From assembly GCA_963828125.1 (NCBI GenBank), contig CAWHDP010000002.1, forward strand, positions 96,001-160,000: DNA of 64,000 nucleotides. The letters run 5' to 3'. The notes under the pieces were generated by a model. It did no database searches and had not been told where the DNA came from. It saw only the letters and a list, made by a program, of their open reading frames with translations. Made by a program: the position numbers and the translations under genes. Shown here piece by piece: positions 18,497-27,434 of the stretch (position 1 is the first letter of the stretch; the number at the start of each line of letters is the position of its first letter). This DNA comes from an uncultured Chlamydiae bacterium (GTDB lineage: Bacteria; Chlamydiota; Chlamydiia; Chlamydiales; SM23-39).

Positions 18497-19629
18497 TCGA
18501 ATTTCCCGGATCCATTCCTGTCTCTATCCACCCTTTTTTCTGGCTTTTTGCCGGCTTGATCGGCTGGATCAACAGCGGAACAGTGATAGGCGCTTTCATT
18601 TGGCTCGGCATTATTTTTTTTTCCGTCCTGATCCACGAGTTTGGACACGCCCTCACCGCAGTCTTTTTTAAACAAAAAGCTCGCATTCAGCTCGTCGCCT
18701 TCGGCGGCCTCACTCAATTTGACGGACCCAAACTCAAATTTTGGCAGCAGTTTGTCATCACCTTCAACGGGCCGCTCTTCGGCTTTTTTCTCTTTCTTTT
18801 TGCAACGGCGCTCCTTCAAATCTCCTTCCCTCCCCCCATTCTGAAAATCCTGAGAGCGACCCAAATTGCCAACCTGTTTTGGACTGTCGTGAACCTTCTC
18901 CCTGTTCTCCCTCTCGACGGAGGGCAACTCCTCCGGATCGTCCTTGAGGCAGCCTTTGGCGTCCGGGGCTTTAAAGCCTCCCTCCTCATCGGGTCTCTCA
19001 TCGCAGTTCTTTTTGCTTTGTATTTTTTTATGCTGCAGCAGTTTCTCATCGGCGCCTTTTTTTTCCTCTTTGCCTTTCAGAGTTTTGACTCTTGGCGGAA
19101 AAGCAAACGGGCCACTAGCGACGACAGGGAAGAGGGGAATAAACAACTCATGATGCAAGCGGAAGAGGCCCTCCAAGCGGGCCAGACAGCCGAAGCGAAG
19201 CGGCTCTTGGAAGAGGTACGGCAAAAAGCCTCTGGCGGCACCCTCGCCGTGGCCGCGCAGCAGTATCTTGCTTTTTTCGACTACAAAGAGGGGAGAAAAA
19301 AAGATTGCTACGATTTGCTCTTGCCGATTAAAGACCAGTTGGCCGATGATTCTCTTTGCCTGTTGCACGAGCTGGCTGCAGAAGAGAAGAATTATCCGCT
19401 TGTAGCGGAGCTTTCAGCTAAATGCTACCAGATCGATCCGAGCCAGAAAATGGCCCTTAATAACGCCCGCGCTTTTGCCTGTCAGCGCCAGGCCAAGCCA
19501 GCGGGGGGGTGGCTCCAGACTGCTTGGCAATTTGGGAATTTAAACCTCGGAGAGATTTTGAATGAAGAGGCATTTACCGTGTTTAAAAACGACCCTGAAT
19601 TTAGGGAATTTGTAGAGGGCTTAAAATGA
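18493..19629 (+). CDS. Site-2 protease (M50) family zinc metalloprotease with TPR-like C-terminus
   Basis: HEFGH and [11 protein letters not shown] motifs in TM segments. Confidence 0.9.
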   Translation: MIEFPGSIPVSIHPFFWLFAGLIGWINSGTVIGAFIWLGIIFFSVLIHEFGHALTAVFFKQKARIQLVAFGGLTQFDGPKLKFWQQFVITFNGPLFGFFLFLFATALLQISFPPPILKILRATQIANLFWTVVNLLPVLPLDGGQLLRIVLEAAFGVRGFKASLLIGSLIAVLFALYFFMLQQFLIGAFFFLFAFQSFDSWRKSKRATSDDREEGNKQLMMQAEEALQAGQTAEAKRLLEEVRQKASGGTLAVAAQQYLAFFDYKEGRKKDCYDLLLPIKDQLADDSLCLLHELAAEEKNYPLVAELSAKCYQIDPSQKMALNNARAFACQRQAKPAGGWLQTAWQFGNLNLGEILNEEAFTVFKNDPEFREFVEGLK

Positions 19630-20039
19630 GACAATCGACCGCTCTCCTCTGGCTCCCCCTTCTTTTAGCCTCCTGTTTTGGTGGGAACGAGTCTCTCCTT
19701 GTCCAACAATCGCTTAGCCCGAAAAAGCAACGGCAAAAGATCGCTGTTTTGCAAAAAAAGTTGGAGAGCGCTGAGAAAGAGCAGAAGAAGATTGAGACTG
19801 ACGTCGAGAAGATCGCCCGTGAAATCGATGAAGCTCAAATCGCCCTCATTCGGCGGCAGCTCGATGAGTACGAGAATCGGGCACACAACAAGGCATCTCT
19901 TTTTGTTGAAGAGAGGGAAGCCCTTTATCGGATGATCCAATCGGGCCCCTCTCCATCGGCCTTTGAAGCGCAAGTCGAACTCGACCGTATTCTCCGCCTG
20001 ATCACAGAGTTTAGCGATGGGGAAAAAACCATTTTCTAG
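19626..20039 (+). CDS. Putative coiled-coil lipoprotein
   Basis: Lipobox LLASC followed by a heptad-rich region. Confidence 0.7.
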   Translation: MRQSTALLWLPLLLASCFGGNESLLVQQSLSPKKQRQKIAVLQKKLESAEKEQKKIETDVEKIAREIDEAQIALIRRQLDEYENRAHNKASLFVEEREALYRMIQSGPSPSAFEAQVELDRILRLITEFSDGEKTIF

Positions 20040-21153
20040 CGGCCGCTGAGGTTTTGTTGAGAGCGCAGGCTCGCGTAATTTGATTCACGTTTGGCGTGTT
20101 GACGCCTGAATTGAGTATATTGAATGTCTTGATTTTTTTGATTTTAATGAATTGAATGACCGGCTCAACACAGGTATCCCTGAAGCGGCAGCCTGATAGA
20201 TCGAGATGTTCGATCTTTGAGTGTGGGTTTTGTTGAATGGCCGAGATGAGTTCCATAAGATGCTCGTTATTGATGTCAGCCCTAGGGAGATTTAATGTTT
20301 CAATGCTGGTATTGAACCGGAGTGCATTTATTATATATGGAATAGTCGTTTTATTTATAAGTGTTCCTTGCTGTTGGTTGTGTACAGACAGGGTCACTGT
20401 TTTAATTGATTGTGTGTTTTGTAATAGCAAACTAATGTTGCCGACAGCAAATTGAGAGTAATTATGAGATGATGATAAATCTAATGTTTCCAGTAAAGAA
20501 GATAGAGCGAACGCGTTTGTTATTTCACCCTCTTCATCTTTATTAAACATAGTCATAGATTCGATGATGTGATATTTTTTTGTAATTTCATTTAAATTAA
20601 TGTGTGTTCTTAGTTTAGTAGGGTCTGCATATCTTTTGGCTTCACAGACCCAAAAAAGGGCTGTAGATAGATACCCATAAGAGAGATAACGCTCTGCAAA
20701 AGCTATCGCCCCCCTCATATCTTTGGTGTTTTGTATGAGTTTTCCTTGATCACTGAGGGTTAAGGCTGTTCGCATTTGTGGCACGGGTTGATCCATATAT
20801 CTATTTTTTTGGAGCGCTAATAGAGTTTTTGCAAAATCTGTGCTGTTTGGCCATATTTTGCATCCCTTTTCCTGCAGCTGTTTGATCGCACCAAAAAAGA
20901 GGGGGGCTCGTTCTGCTCTGATTTCATATTGCCGACTCTCTCGATCTAATGGGAGGGATTCCCCTTGAATTGTCATGATTTTGGCAATCTCCTCGCATTG
21001 ACTAAATCTAATAACGCATTCCTGGTTCTTTTTTTTGACAAATGCTATTGATAACAATCTTTCTGTAGATCGTGGGGTTTTGGCGGTAAGGTTTAAATGG
21101 ACGATCGTATTTTTATGATAACTCTGATGATAGCCCTCAAATTGGATCGACAT
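20011..21153 (-). CDS. Orphan protein with C-terminal RI-like leucine-rich repeats, putative effector
   Basis: LETLDLS, IKTVTLS, NTSIETLNL and IEHLDLSGC repeats. AT-rich. Start taken at ATG 21153; the longer ORF start comes from the upstream repeat. Confidence 0.7.
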   Translation of the reverse strand: MSIQFEGYHQSYHKNTIVHLNLTAKTPRSTERLLSIAFVKKKNQECVIRFSQCEEIAKIMTIQGESLPLDRESRQYEIRAERAPLFFGAIKQLQEKGCKIWPNSTDFAKTLLALQKNRYMDQPVPQMRTALTLSDQGKLIQNTKDMRGAIAFAERYLSYGYLSTALFWVCEAKRYADPTKLRTHINLNEITKKYHIIESMTMFNKDEEGEITNAFALSSLLETLDLSSSHNYSQFAVGNISLLLQNTQSIKTVTLSVHNQQQGTLINKTTIPYIINALRFNTSIETLNLPRADINNEHLMELISAIQQNPHSKIEHLDLSGCRFRDTCVEPVIQFIKIKKIKTFNILNSGVNTPNVNQITRACALNKTSAAARKWFFPHR

Positions 21154-21193
21154 ATTTTTCCTCTTAAAATTATTTTTGATGACAAAGATGATA

Positions 21194-21237
21194 GACTGCG
21201 GCCACCCCAAATTCACACTTTTGGGGTGGCCGCAGTA
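21194..21237. mobile_element. Family A MITE, 44-bp copy, TA-flanked
   Basis: TA-GACTGCGGCCACCCCAAATTCACACTTTTGGGGTGGCCGCAGTA-TA. Confidence 0.85.
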
Positions 21238-21280
21238 TAAAATACATAGACTTAAGAAAGCGAACTAAAAAATTTACTTC

Positions 21281-21955
21281 TCATCCAAGCAGAACGGCGG
21301 CAACGATGGGGGCGGTCTCCGCGCGGAGGATATTGCGGTGCAACCGCACCCCCTGCGCCCTCTCTTTTAAAATCGTGAGTTCTTTCTCCGAAAATCCCTT
21401 TTCGGGACCGGAAATAAAAATAGATTCTTCCTCAGAGTATGCGGCGTTGCACTCCGATTGCGGGTGGCCGAATCGATAAAGCTCCGACCCTTGAAAAAGA
21501 TCGTCAAGAGAACCGACGAGCTTTATTGCGGGGAGATCGAGCCTGCCGCACTGTTTCATGGCGGAGATAGCGATGAATTTCAGCCTTTCTTGCTGATGCG
21601 GGGAGAGGTCGTCCTTTTCTGAATGCTGCGCGGGGTAGAGCCAAAAGGCGCTCGCGCCGAGCTCCGTGCATTTTTCTATGACGAGTTCGAGTTTAGCGAG
21701 GCGCATGAGGGGGACGGCGAGGGTGAGAAGCGGTGAGGGGATCCGATCTTGCGTCACAGAGAGGATATCGAGCCTTGCGCTATGTTTACCGATCTCTGCC
21801 ACTCTAGCGGACGCAATGGCGCCCCGTCCGTTGACGATTTCGACCTCATCGGACACCCTCATCCGCATCACATGAGCCAAGTGATGGTGTTCGGCCCCCT
21901 CCACTTCGATAGTTCCATGGAGATCGCCGTCAAAAAAGAAACGTTCAGCGGGCAT
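21281..21955 (-). CDS. rsmE: 16S rRNA (uracil1498-N3)-methyltransferase
   Basis: HHLAHVMR, EKCTELG, GPEKGFS and ILRAETAP SPOUT motifs. Confidence 0.93.
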   Translation of the reverse strand: MPAERFFFDGDLHGTIEVEGAEHHHLAHVMRMRVSDEVEIVNGRGAIASARVAEIGKHSARLDILSVTQDRIPSPLLTLAVPLMRLAKLELVIEKCTELGASAFWLYPAQHSEKDDLSPHQQERLKFIAISAMKQCGRLDLPAIKLVGSLDDLFQGSELYRFGHPQSECNAAYSEEESIFISGPEKGFSEKELTILKERAQGVRLHRNILRAETAPIVAAVLLG

Positions 21956-23240
21956 GTTCTTCCTCCTTATGCCAAATAGAGCCAGGCCGGCAGAGAGCCC
22001 GCTTGAAGACGTCAGATAAATTGTGGTGGGGCGGCAAATGTTCAGCTGCGAGCTTTTTGAGACTCTCCAAGTCTACCACATCAAACGCGCTCAGCCGTTC
22101 GTAGTGTTTATGAATCTGTCGATATCCGGTGAAATTGAACACGAGCTTAAAGCGGAAATCGTTTAACAGGGTCTCTTCTAAAGTCTTATAGTAATATATT
22201 TCGTCGGCGTGAATCAGAGGAATGTGTCGGTTCTTCTCAGGGACGATTAAAAATAAAAAGGCGAGGGGATAGATCTCTTTGAGGGTCGGCAGATGGGGCA
22301 ACAGTTGATCGAGCCCCTCGCTTGGGAGGATGATGCAGATGCAGTCTTGCCGAAATCTTTTGTAGAGGTTGTGGGTGGTCTGTTGCTTCCATCGGTTATG
22401 TTGCCACAGCCATTCTCCTGGAGCCTGTTGGATGCTCTCTTGGAGGAGGGTCAAGGTCTGATCCATCATCCGGACGATCTCCAGCTCGACAGGCCTCGAT
22501 AGATCGGGCCAGATAGGCTCGTGATAGCGGATCCGGTAGCCGCCCCGGATCCTCCGCGTAGAGGCAAAGATGATCGGGGAATGGGTCTTATAGGCAAGGA
22601 GCGCAGGGGCAGTCGAAGTCCAAGCCCGTCTGCCCAAAAACGGGAATGAGTAGCCGCTGTCGGGCATTCCCTGATCGCCGACGATCCCTATAAAGGCCCC
22701 CTTTTTTAATGCGCGGAACCCTTCCCGGACGGCGTTTCTGGGAGCGATGATCTTGCCGCCGTTTTTTTCGCGGATCGATAAAATCCAGTTATAGAGCCTC
22801 TTATTCTTAATTGTTTTGCCAATGGCAACCCCTTTCATTCGGCTCGTGCCGTCGAGAAATAGCACCTCCCAATTCGATTGGTGGCCGCAAAAAAAAATGA
22901 TCCCCTGGCCCGTTTTGTAGATCCGGTCTGCGATCTCTGGATTTTCGCAGTGGATGACCCCCGCAAAATCAGATTCTCTCCCCAATTTTGGGTATTCGAG
23001 ACAGTTGATGGCGAGATTTTGAAACGATTGTTTCGCGGTCCAGACCAACTCTTTGGGGCTCAGCGCCAAATCGGTGGCCAAAGCGAGATTGCTCAACGCC
23101 CTTTTCCGGTATTCGCGCATGAAATAAAAGGCGATCTTGCCAAACAGCCTGCCAAGGCGATGGAGCCAGGAATAGGGCATGAGGCTGCACGGATAGGTCG
23201 CTATCCGGATGGCATAATAGAGCCACTTCTCTTTATCCAC
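21945..23240 (-). CDS. htrB: Lipid A late acyltransferase (LpxL/HtrB family) with C-terminal extension
   Basis: GHQSNWE (HX4D/E), VGDQ and PGEWLWQHNRWK. Confidence 0.88.
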   Translation of the reverse strand: MDKEKWLYYAIRIATYPCSLMPYSWLHRLGRLFGKIAFYFMREYRKRALSNLALATDLALSPKELVWTAKQSFQNLAINCLEYPKLGRESDFAGVIHCENPEIADRIYKTGQGIIFFCGHQSNWEVLFLDGTSRMKGVAIGKTIKNKRLYNWILSIREKNGGKIIAPRNAVREGFRALKKGAFIGIVGDQGMPDSGYSFPFLGRRAWTSTAPALLAYKTHSPIIFASTRRIRGGYRIRYHEPIWPDLSRPVELEIVRMMDQTLTLLQESIQQAPGEWLWQHNRWKQQTTHNLYKRFRQDCICIILPSEGLDQLLPHLPTLKEIYPLAFLFLIVPEKNRHIPLIHADEIYYYKTLEETLLNDFRFKLVFNFTGYRQIHKHYERLSAFDVVDLESLKKLAAEHLPPHHNLSDVFKRALCRPGSIWHKEEEHAR

Positions 23241-24357
23241 AGTTCCTCATCAAAATCTTCATTTGATTTGAAAAATCGAGGTGTTTCACACTTTCCCGGA
23301 TCGCCTCAGCGCTTTTTTCTGTTTTTCGACGCCGCAGGGCGATCCGGAGCGCATCGACCATGGCGTCCACACTGAGAAGATCTTCAATCACGGCGCCATT
23401 TTGCGGCTGCAAGATCTCATGTCCTCCGTTGTGTTTTGACGAGAGGACGAAAAGGCCCATGGCGAGCGCTTCGACAGTGACGTTTGCAAAGGGGTCGTAA
23501 AACGAGGGGATGACGAGGCAATCGGCGAGCTGATAAAAGAGGCGGATATCGAGACTTGGGCCGAAAAAATGGATCCGGTCTTTCAGGCCGAGCTGCACCG
23601 CTTTGGCCCGGTAGAGATCGATCTGGTTGTCTTTGCCGATGACAGAGAGGTGGAACGGTTCGTTTCGAAGCTCAGACAAGGCGAGAAGAAGTTGATCGAG
23701 TCCTTTGCGCAAATAGCCGTTCCCTATGAAGAGAAAATGGAAAACGTTTGGATCGAGGTAAAATTTTTTGAACCCCTCTTTTCTTTGTTCTTTCCAAACT
23801 GTGAAATCGCCCTCCATTTCCTGCCACTCGACGCCATTATGGATCACCTGGATCTTGGCTGGGTCGACCGCATAATGGGATAGCACCTGGCTCCGGACCA
23901 TATGGGAATTAGTAAACAGTTTTTCTAGAGACGGATTTTCAAAGGCGCTCCTTTCCAGTTCGAGGATTTTGCGGTGGAGGGGATTCCAATGGAAAAAAAG
24001 GGCCTTGAGACGCCCTTCGGTAAAAAGTCTACTTTTCAGATAGGCAGCATGGACTCCATTGCCCGCCCGGATGTGAGTTTGATACCGGTTTCTATCCATT
24101 CCAAAGACGAGATCGGCCCTATTTTTCTTGAGCCACTTCTGGACGAAAGCGTCGAATTGCTCCATCCGGAGGAAAGCAGGCCAGGGGAGGGTTTTTGTCG
24201 TAAAGACAGGGATCTCCGGATGTCGAAGGGCGTCTCCCGTGGTCAAGATCGAAATGCGGGCCCCCTGATCGAGAAAGGCTTGCGCGATGCGGGAGGCATA
24301 TTTTTCGAGGCCGCCGTGGTTGTTGGAGCGGGATTTGAGGAGAACAACGTGTTTCAT
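23233..24357 (-). CDS. GT4 glycosyltransferase, WaaG/RfaG-like
   Basis: GGLEKY, RKGLD and PSFYDPFANVTVEALAMG. Confidence 0.88.
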   Translation of the reverse strand: MKHVVLLKSRSNNHGGLEKYASRIAQAFLDQGARISILTTGDALRHPEIPVFTTKTLPWPAFLRMEQFDAFVQKWLKKNRADLVFGMDRNRYQTHIRAGNGVHAAYLKSRLFTEGRLKALFFHWNPLHRKILELERSAFENPSLEKLFTNSHMVRSQVLSHYAVDPAKIQVIHNGVEWQEMEGDFTVWKEQRKEGFKKFYLDPNVFHFLFIGNGYLRKGLDQLLLALSELRNEPFHLSVIGKDNQIDLYRAKAVQLGLKDRIHFFGPSLDIRLFYQLADCLVIPSFYDPFANVTVEALAMGLFVLSSKHNGGHEILQPQNGAVIEDLLSVDAMVDALRIALRRRKTEKSAEAIRESVKHLDFSNQMKILMRNCG

Positions 24358-25613
24358 GGATAGTTTTGCGCTGTTACTGAAATCGCGTTGGCTTGGAGTT
24401 CGATTTTGAGGGAGAGTTTCCGGTTGTTCGGAGTGTAGAGGCGAAACCGGTTCATATAGCTCCGGAAGCGATTGCGGAGGGACTCCTCGATGAGATGGGG
24501 CTGCGCATCAGAAACGATGTCATTCGATTCGGCCATCACTTTGGCTACATACCGATCCTCGAGTTCATGGGGAGAGAGGAACTGGGCGTTCCAGAGAAGG
24601 GTCTCCCGTTCCGATTTAGGTGAGGCGATGATGACCATTTCGATCCGATCTTTCACCGTCTCTAAAAAAAGGCGACTCACCCCTTGTGCATAGAGAGGCG
24701 CATTGAATACCTTGATCCCATTTTTCTTGGCGATGAAGTCGTTTGGAGCGAGCGGGTAGGTCTCTGGATTGAGAGTATTGCTGTATTTGGGGGGGAAAAA
24801 GACGGTGACCGGGATCGAAAACCCGATCGGCAGCAGGTCTTGGCGCGAAAAATCGATCCGCAAGGTTTTGGCGAGGGGGTCATCGATCTCAATCGGCGTT
24901 TCAGAGAGGAGAGGCAGGGAGATTTTTTTCCATGAATCGGGGACGAAAAAGCTGATCTCATCCGATTTGTCGGCTAAGACAGCGCTTTGAAGAGCGTCGA
25001 GATCTTCCTGCCGGAGATCGTTCAAATTAAAGGTGAGTTTGAGGCCCCGGGTTTTGAGCCTTTTGACCGCCTCTTCGGGGCCGTTTACTGAGACGGATAG
25101 CTGAGAGGGGTAAATATCGAGGAATTGGTACCCTTTTGGAACCTCTCCGATTGGCTGCGTCACTGTGATCGGGATCCGGTCGCTGATCAGCTTGCTTTGA
25201 CGGATAATGAGTTCAGTAGGCAAAATGCGGGAGATCTGTTTGTCGATATCGAGATCGGCGTTGAGGCTCACTAAATGTTTCTTTTCGATCGAGGCGATCC
25301 ACTCGTGCGATTTGTCCTTCGCATCGATCAAGATCTCGAAATCTTTTGCCGAGATCTCCTCGAGAGCCGATTTGTGGCCGATCAGAGTGAGAGAGACCCT
25401 TTTGCTTAAATAGCCGTTGAGCTGCATCCCCTCGATCGTTTTATCGAGCGGCAAATTGACGACCCTCACCGGAATATTCTGGACGACTTTACTCACGGTC
25501 ATCGAGTGGCTCACCATCATCCAGACGATCACCGCTAAGATGAGCGAGACCAACTTGCGGGGCCAATTTTCGATAAATAGGCGGAATAACAGGCTTTTCA
25601 CGTCTTCAACCAC
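24354..25613 (-). CDS. ybbR: YbbR/CdaR-like regulator of diadenylate cyclase
   Basis: N-terminal NWPRKLVSLILAVIVW TM anchor. Directly downstream of dacA. Confidence 0.82.
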   Translation of the reverse strand: MVEDVKSLLFRLFIENWPRKLVSLILAVIVWMMVSHSMTVSKVVQNIPVRVVNLPLDKTIEGMQLNGYLSKRVSLTLIGHKSALEEISAKDFEILIDAKDKSHEWIASIEKKHLVSLNADLDIDKQISRILPTELIIRQSKLISDRIPITVTQPIGEVPKGYQFLDIYPSQLSVSVNGPEEAVKRLKTRGLKLTFNLNDLRQEDLDALQSAVLADKSDEISFFVPDSWKKISLPLLSETPIEIDDPLAKTLRIDFSRQDLLPIGFSIPVTVFFPPKYSNTLNPETYPLAPNDFIAKKNGIKVFNAPLYAQGVSRLFLETVKDRIEMVIIASPKSERETLLWNAQFLSPHELEDRYVAKVMAESNDIVSDAQPHLIEESLRNRFRSYMNRFRLYTPNNRKLSLKIELQANAISVTAQNYP

Positions 25614-26392
25614 TCCATCAAACTGAATTTTGTTTTCATGCTATGGGCCGGAGGATTGAAGATACTGCGGACGATCCCTTTAAAGCGATCGATTTTTACG
25701 CCGCGGGTCATAATCCCCTCTCTTGCGATAGAGACCTTGCCCGTCTCCTCTGAGACGACGATCACAAGGGCGTCGGTCATATGGCTTAAGCCGAGCCCCG
25801 CTCTGTGGCGCGTCCCCATCGATTTAGCGAGTTGAGAAGAATCCTCGATCAAAGGGAGAATGACAGCGGCAGCCAGGATCGTTTTATCCCTTAAAATCAC
25901 GGCGCCGTCGTGAAGGGGGGTGTTCGTAGAGAAAATCGTTTCGAGCAGCTCCGGCGAAAACTCGCCGTTCAGCATCACCGCTTTTTGGGCATATTCTTGG
26001 AGGGAATCTTCGTTTTCCATAGCGATGAGGGCGCCGATCCGCTTTTCCGACATTTTGTAGACGGAGTTTGCCAGCTGGTCAAGGAAGCGGTCGAATTCGG
26101 TGATCTCTCTCGATCTGCGGCTTTTCAGACTCAGCTTGGAGAGGGCCACCCTCAGTTCAGGCTGGAAAATGATGATCACTGCAATCGCGGCGACATTGCC
26201 GACCAGGATCATGATTTTATGGAGGACCGGGAGATTGAGCCAGCTCGAAACGCCCAAAATGAGAAAAAAGGCGAGGAAGCCGAGGACGAGATCCATCGAT
26301 TTCGTATTCCAGAGGAAAGACAAGATGTAGTTCAGCATGACCGCGATGATCATGACTTCGATAAAAGGGGTGATCGAATGAAAAAAACTCAT
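25598..26392 (-). CDS. dacA: Diadenylate cyclase
   Basis: Three N-terminal TMs, FQPELR, TPLHDGA, GTRHRAG and VSEETG. Confidence 0.95.
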   Translation of the reverse strand: MSFFHSITPFIEVMIIAVMLNYILSFLWNTKSMDLVLGFLAFFLILGVSSWLNLPVLHKIMILVGNVAAIAVIIIFQPELRVALSKLSLKSRRSREITEFDRFLDQLANSVYKMSEKRIGALIAMENEDSLQEYAQKAVMLNGEFSPELLETIFSTNTPLHDGAVILRDKTILAAAVILPLIEDSSQLAKSMGTRHRAGLGLSHMTDALVIVVSEETGKVSIAREGIMTRGVKIDRFKGIVRSIFNPPAHSMKTKFSLMEWLKT

Positions 26393-26588
26393 AAGATTGT
26401 CCTTTTACAAAAAATCGATAAATCTTTGCAAGATATTCATGACTAGCCCCAGGACGATTGTAGTGTTTTTGGGAGTTGAAGACAAGTGGTAGAAAAAAAT
26501 TCTCAGTCGTTTTCAAAAAAACAAAATATCTTCTTGCAACGCCTCTTGAATTTCTATAAACTCCTCGTCCTTTCTCAAGGGGGTGACG

Positions 26589-27434
26589 ATGCGTGCGCTT
26601 TTTATTGCTGTTTTGTTGGCGTTCTCTCTCTCGGCAGATGAAGAAATTGGACTCATCGGATCGAGTCCCGATCAGATCGCCTCTTTGATGAGCGACGGCT
26701 CGTTTTTGATCGGAGGCTGCGTCCACCCATTGTCTGGGCAGCTCTCTTTAAGTTCCGTGGATTTGGTAGCCAAGGGAACCCAACCTTTAAGCCTTTTCCG
26801 CGTCTTTGTTCCCGGTTCGATCGCTCCCCCTCCGCCGCTCCGCCATTCGGAAATGCAAGAGTATTCCAATGAAAGAGCTTTTTTACAGTCTATCCAGAAG
26901 AGTCATAGAGGCTGGGTCTTTCTCCCCCATGCAAGGCTGGAGTGGAAGGGAGCGGAGTTGTTAGCTCCCGAGCGATGGAAGGTTCCCGATACAAATGGCG
27001 CCATCTATTCCTTCGCCTCCGGGAGTGGGAAATGGCTCGATCTCTCAGGCGTAAGCAACGCCTCGGGGGATACCCCCTCAGGCCGTTTTGATCCGAGGAA
27101 TATTCAAGTTATCCCTCAACCTGAGGGTGTTGAGGTTTCGTTTCCCGATGGGACGAAGAGAATCTACCATGGAGGGAATCAGGTATTTAATCTCTCCAAG
27201 GAGATTCTTCCCAACGGGAAAGTCGTTAAGTACTCCTATTCGGAAAACAAGATCCTGATCGAAAGTTTCGATCCTTCAGAAAAACACCTCTACGCCTCTT
27301 TGATCCTCGATACCGCGACCTTCCCCAATCAACTCTTGATCCATGATTGGTTCCGCAAAGGCACTTGCGGCGAGTACAAAAATAGCAAAGGAGAGTACAG
27401 GGGGGAACGAGAGGCGTCCCCTATATGGCGGTAA
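26589..27434 (+). CDS. N-terminal part of the RHS protein, with Sec signal peptide
   Basis: MRALFIAVLLAFSLSA-DEE and GCVHPLSGQL...DLVAKGTQPLSLFR (RHS N-terminal type). Joins the next ORF if one G is added at 27400-27405. Confidence 0.75.
   Translation: MRALFIAVLLAFSLSADEEIGLIGSSPDQIASLMSDGSFLIGGCVHPLSGQLSLSSVDLVAKGTQPLSLFRVFVPGSIAPPPPLRHSEMQEYSNERAFLQSIQKSHRGWVFLPHARLEWKGAELLAPERWKVPDTNGAIYSFASGSGKWLDLSGVSNASGDTPSGRFDPRNIQVIPQPEGVEVSFPDGTKRIYHGGNQVFNLSKEILPNGKVVKYSYSENKILIESFDPSEKHLYASLILDTATFPNQLLIHDWFRKGTCGEYKNSKGEYRGEREASPIWR

Noticed and set aside
18226..19368. 380-aa antisense ORF and similar shadows (34843-35643, 37852-38589, 43785-44570, 46955-47638, 59601-60470)
   Set aside because: They lie opposite well-supported genes and show no recognisable motifs.
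21154..21216. N-terminal MNLGWPQ extension, and ORFs 37104-37346, 61849-62112 and 3907-4110
   Set aside because: These peptides are translations of the family A repeat, with no independent coding evidence.
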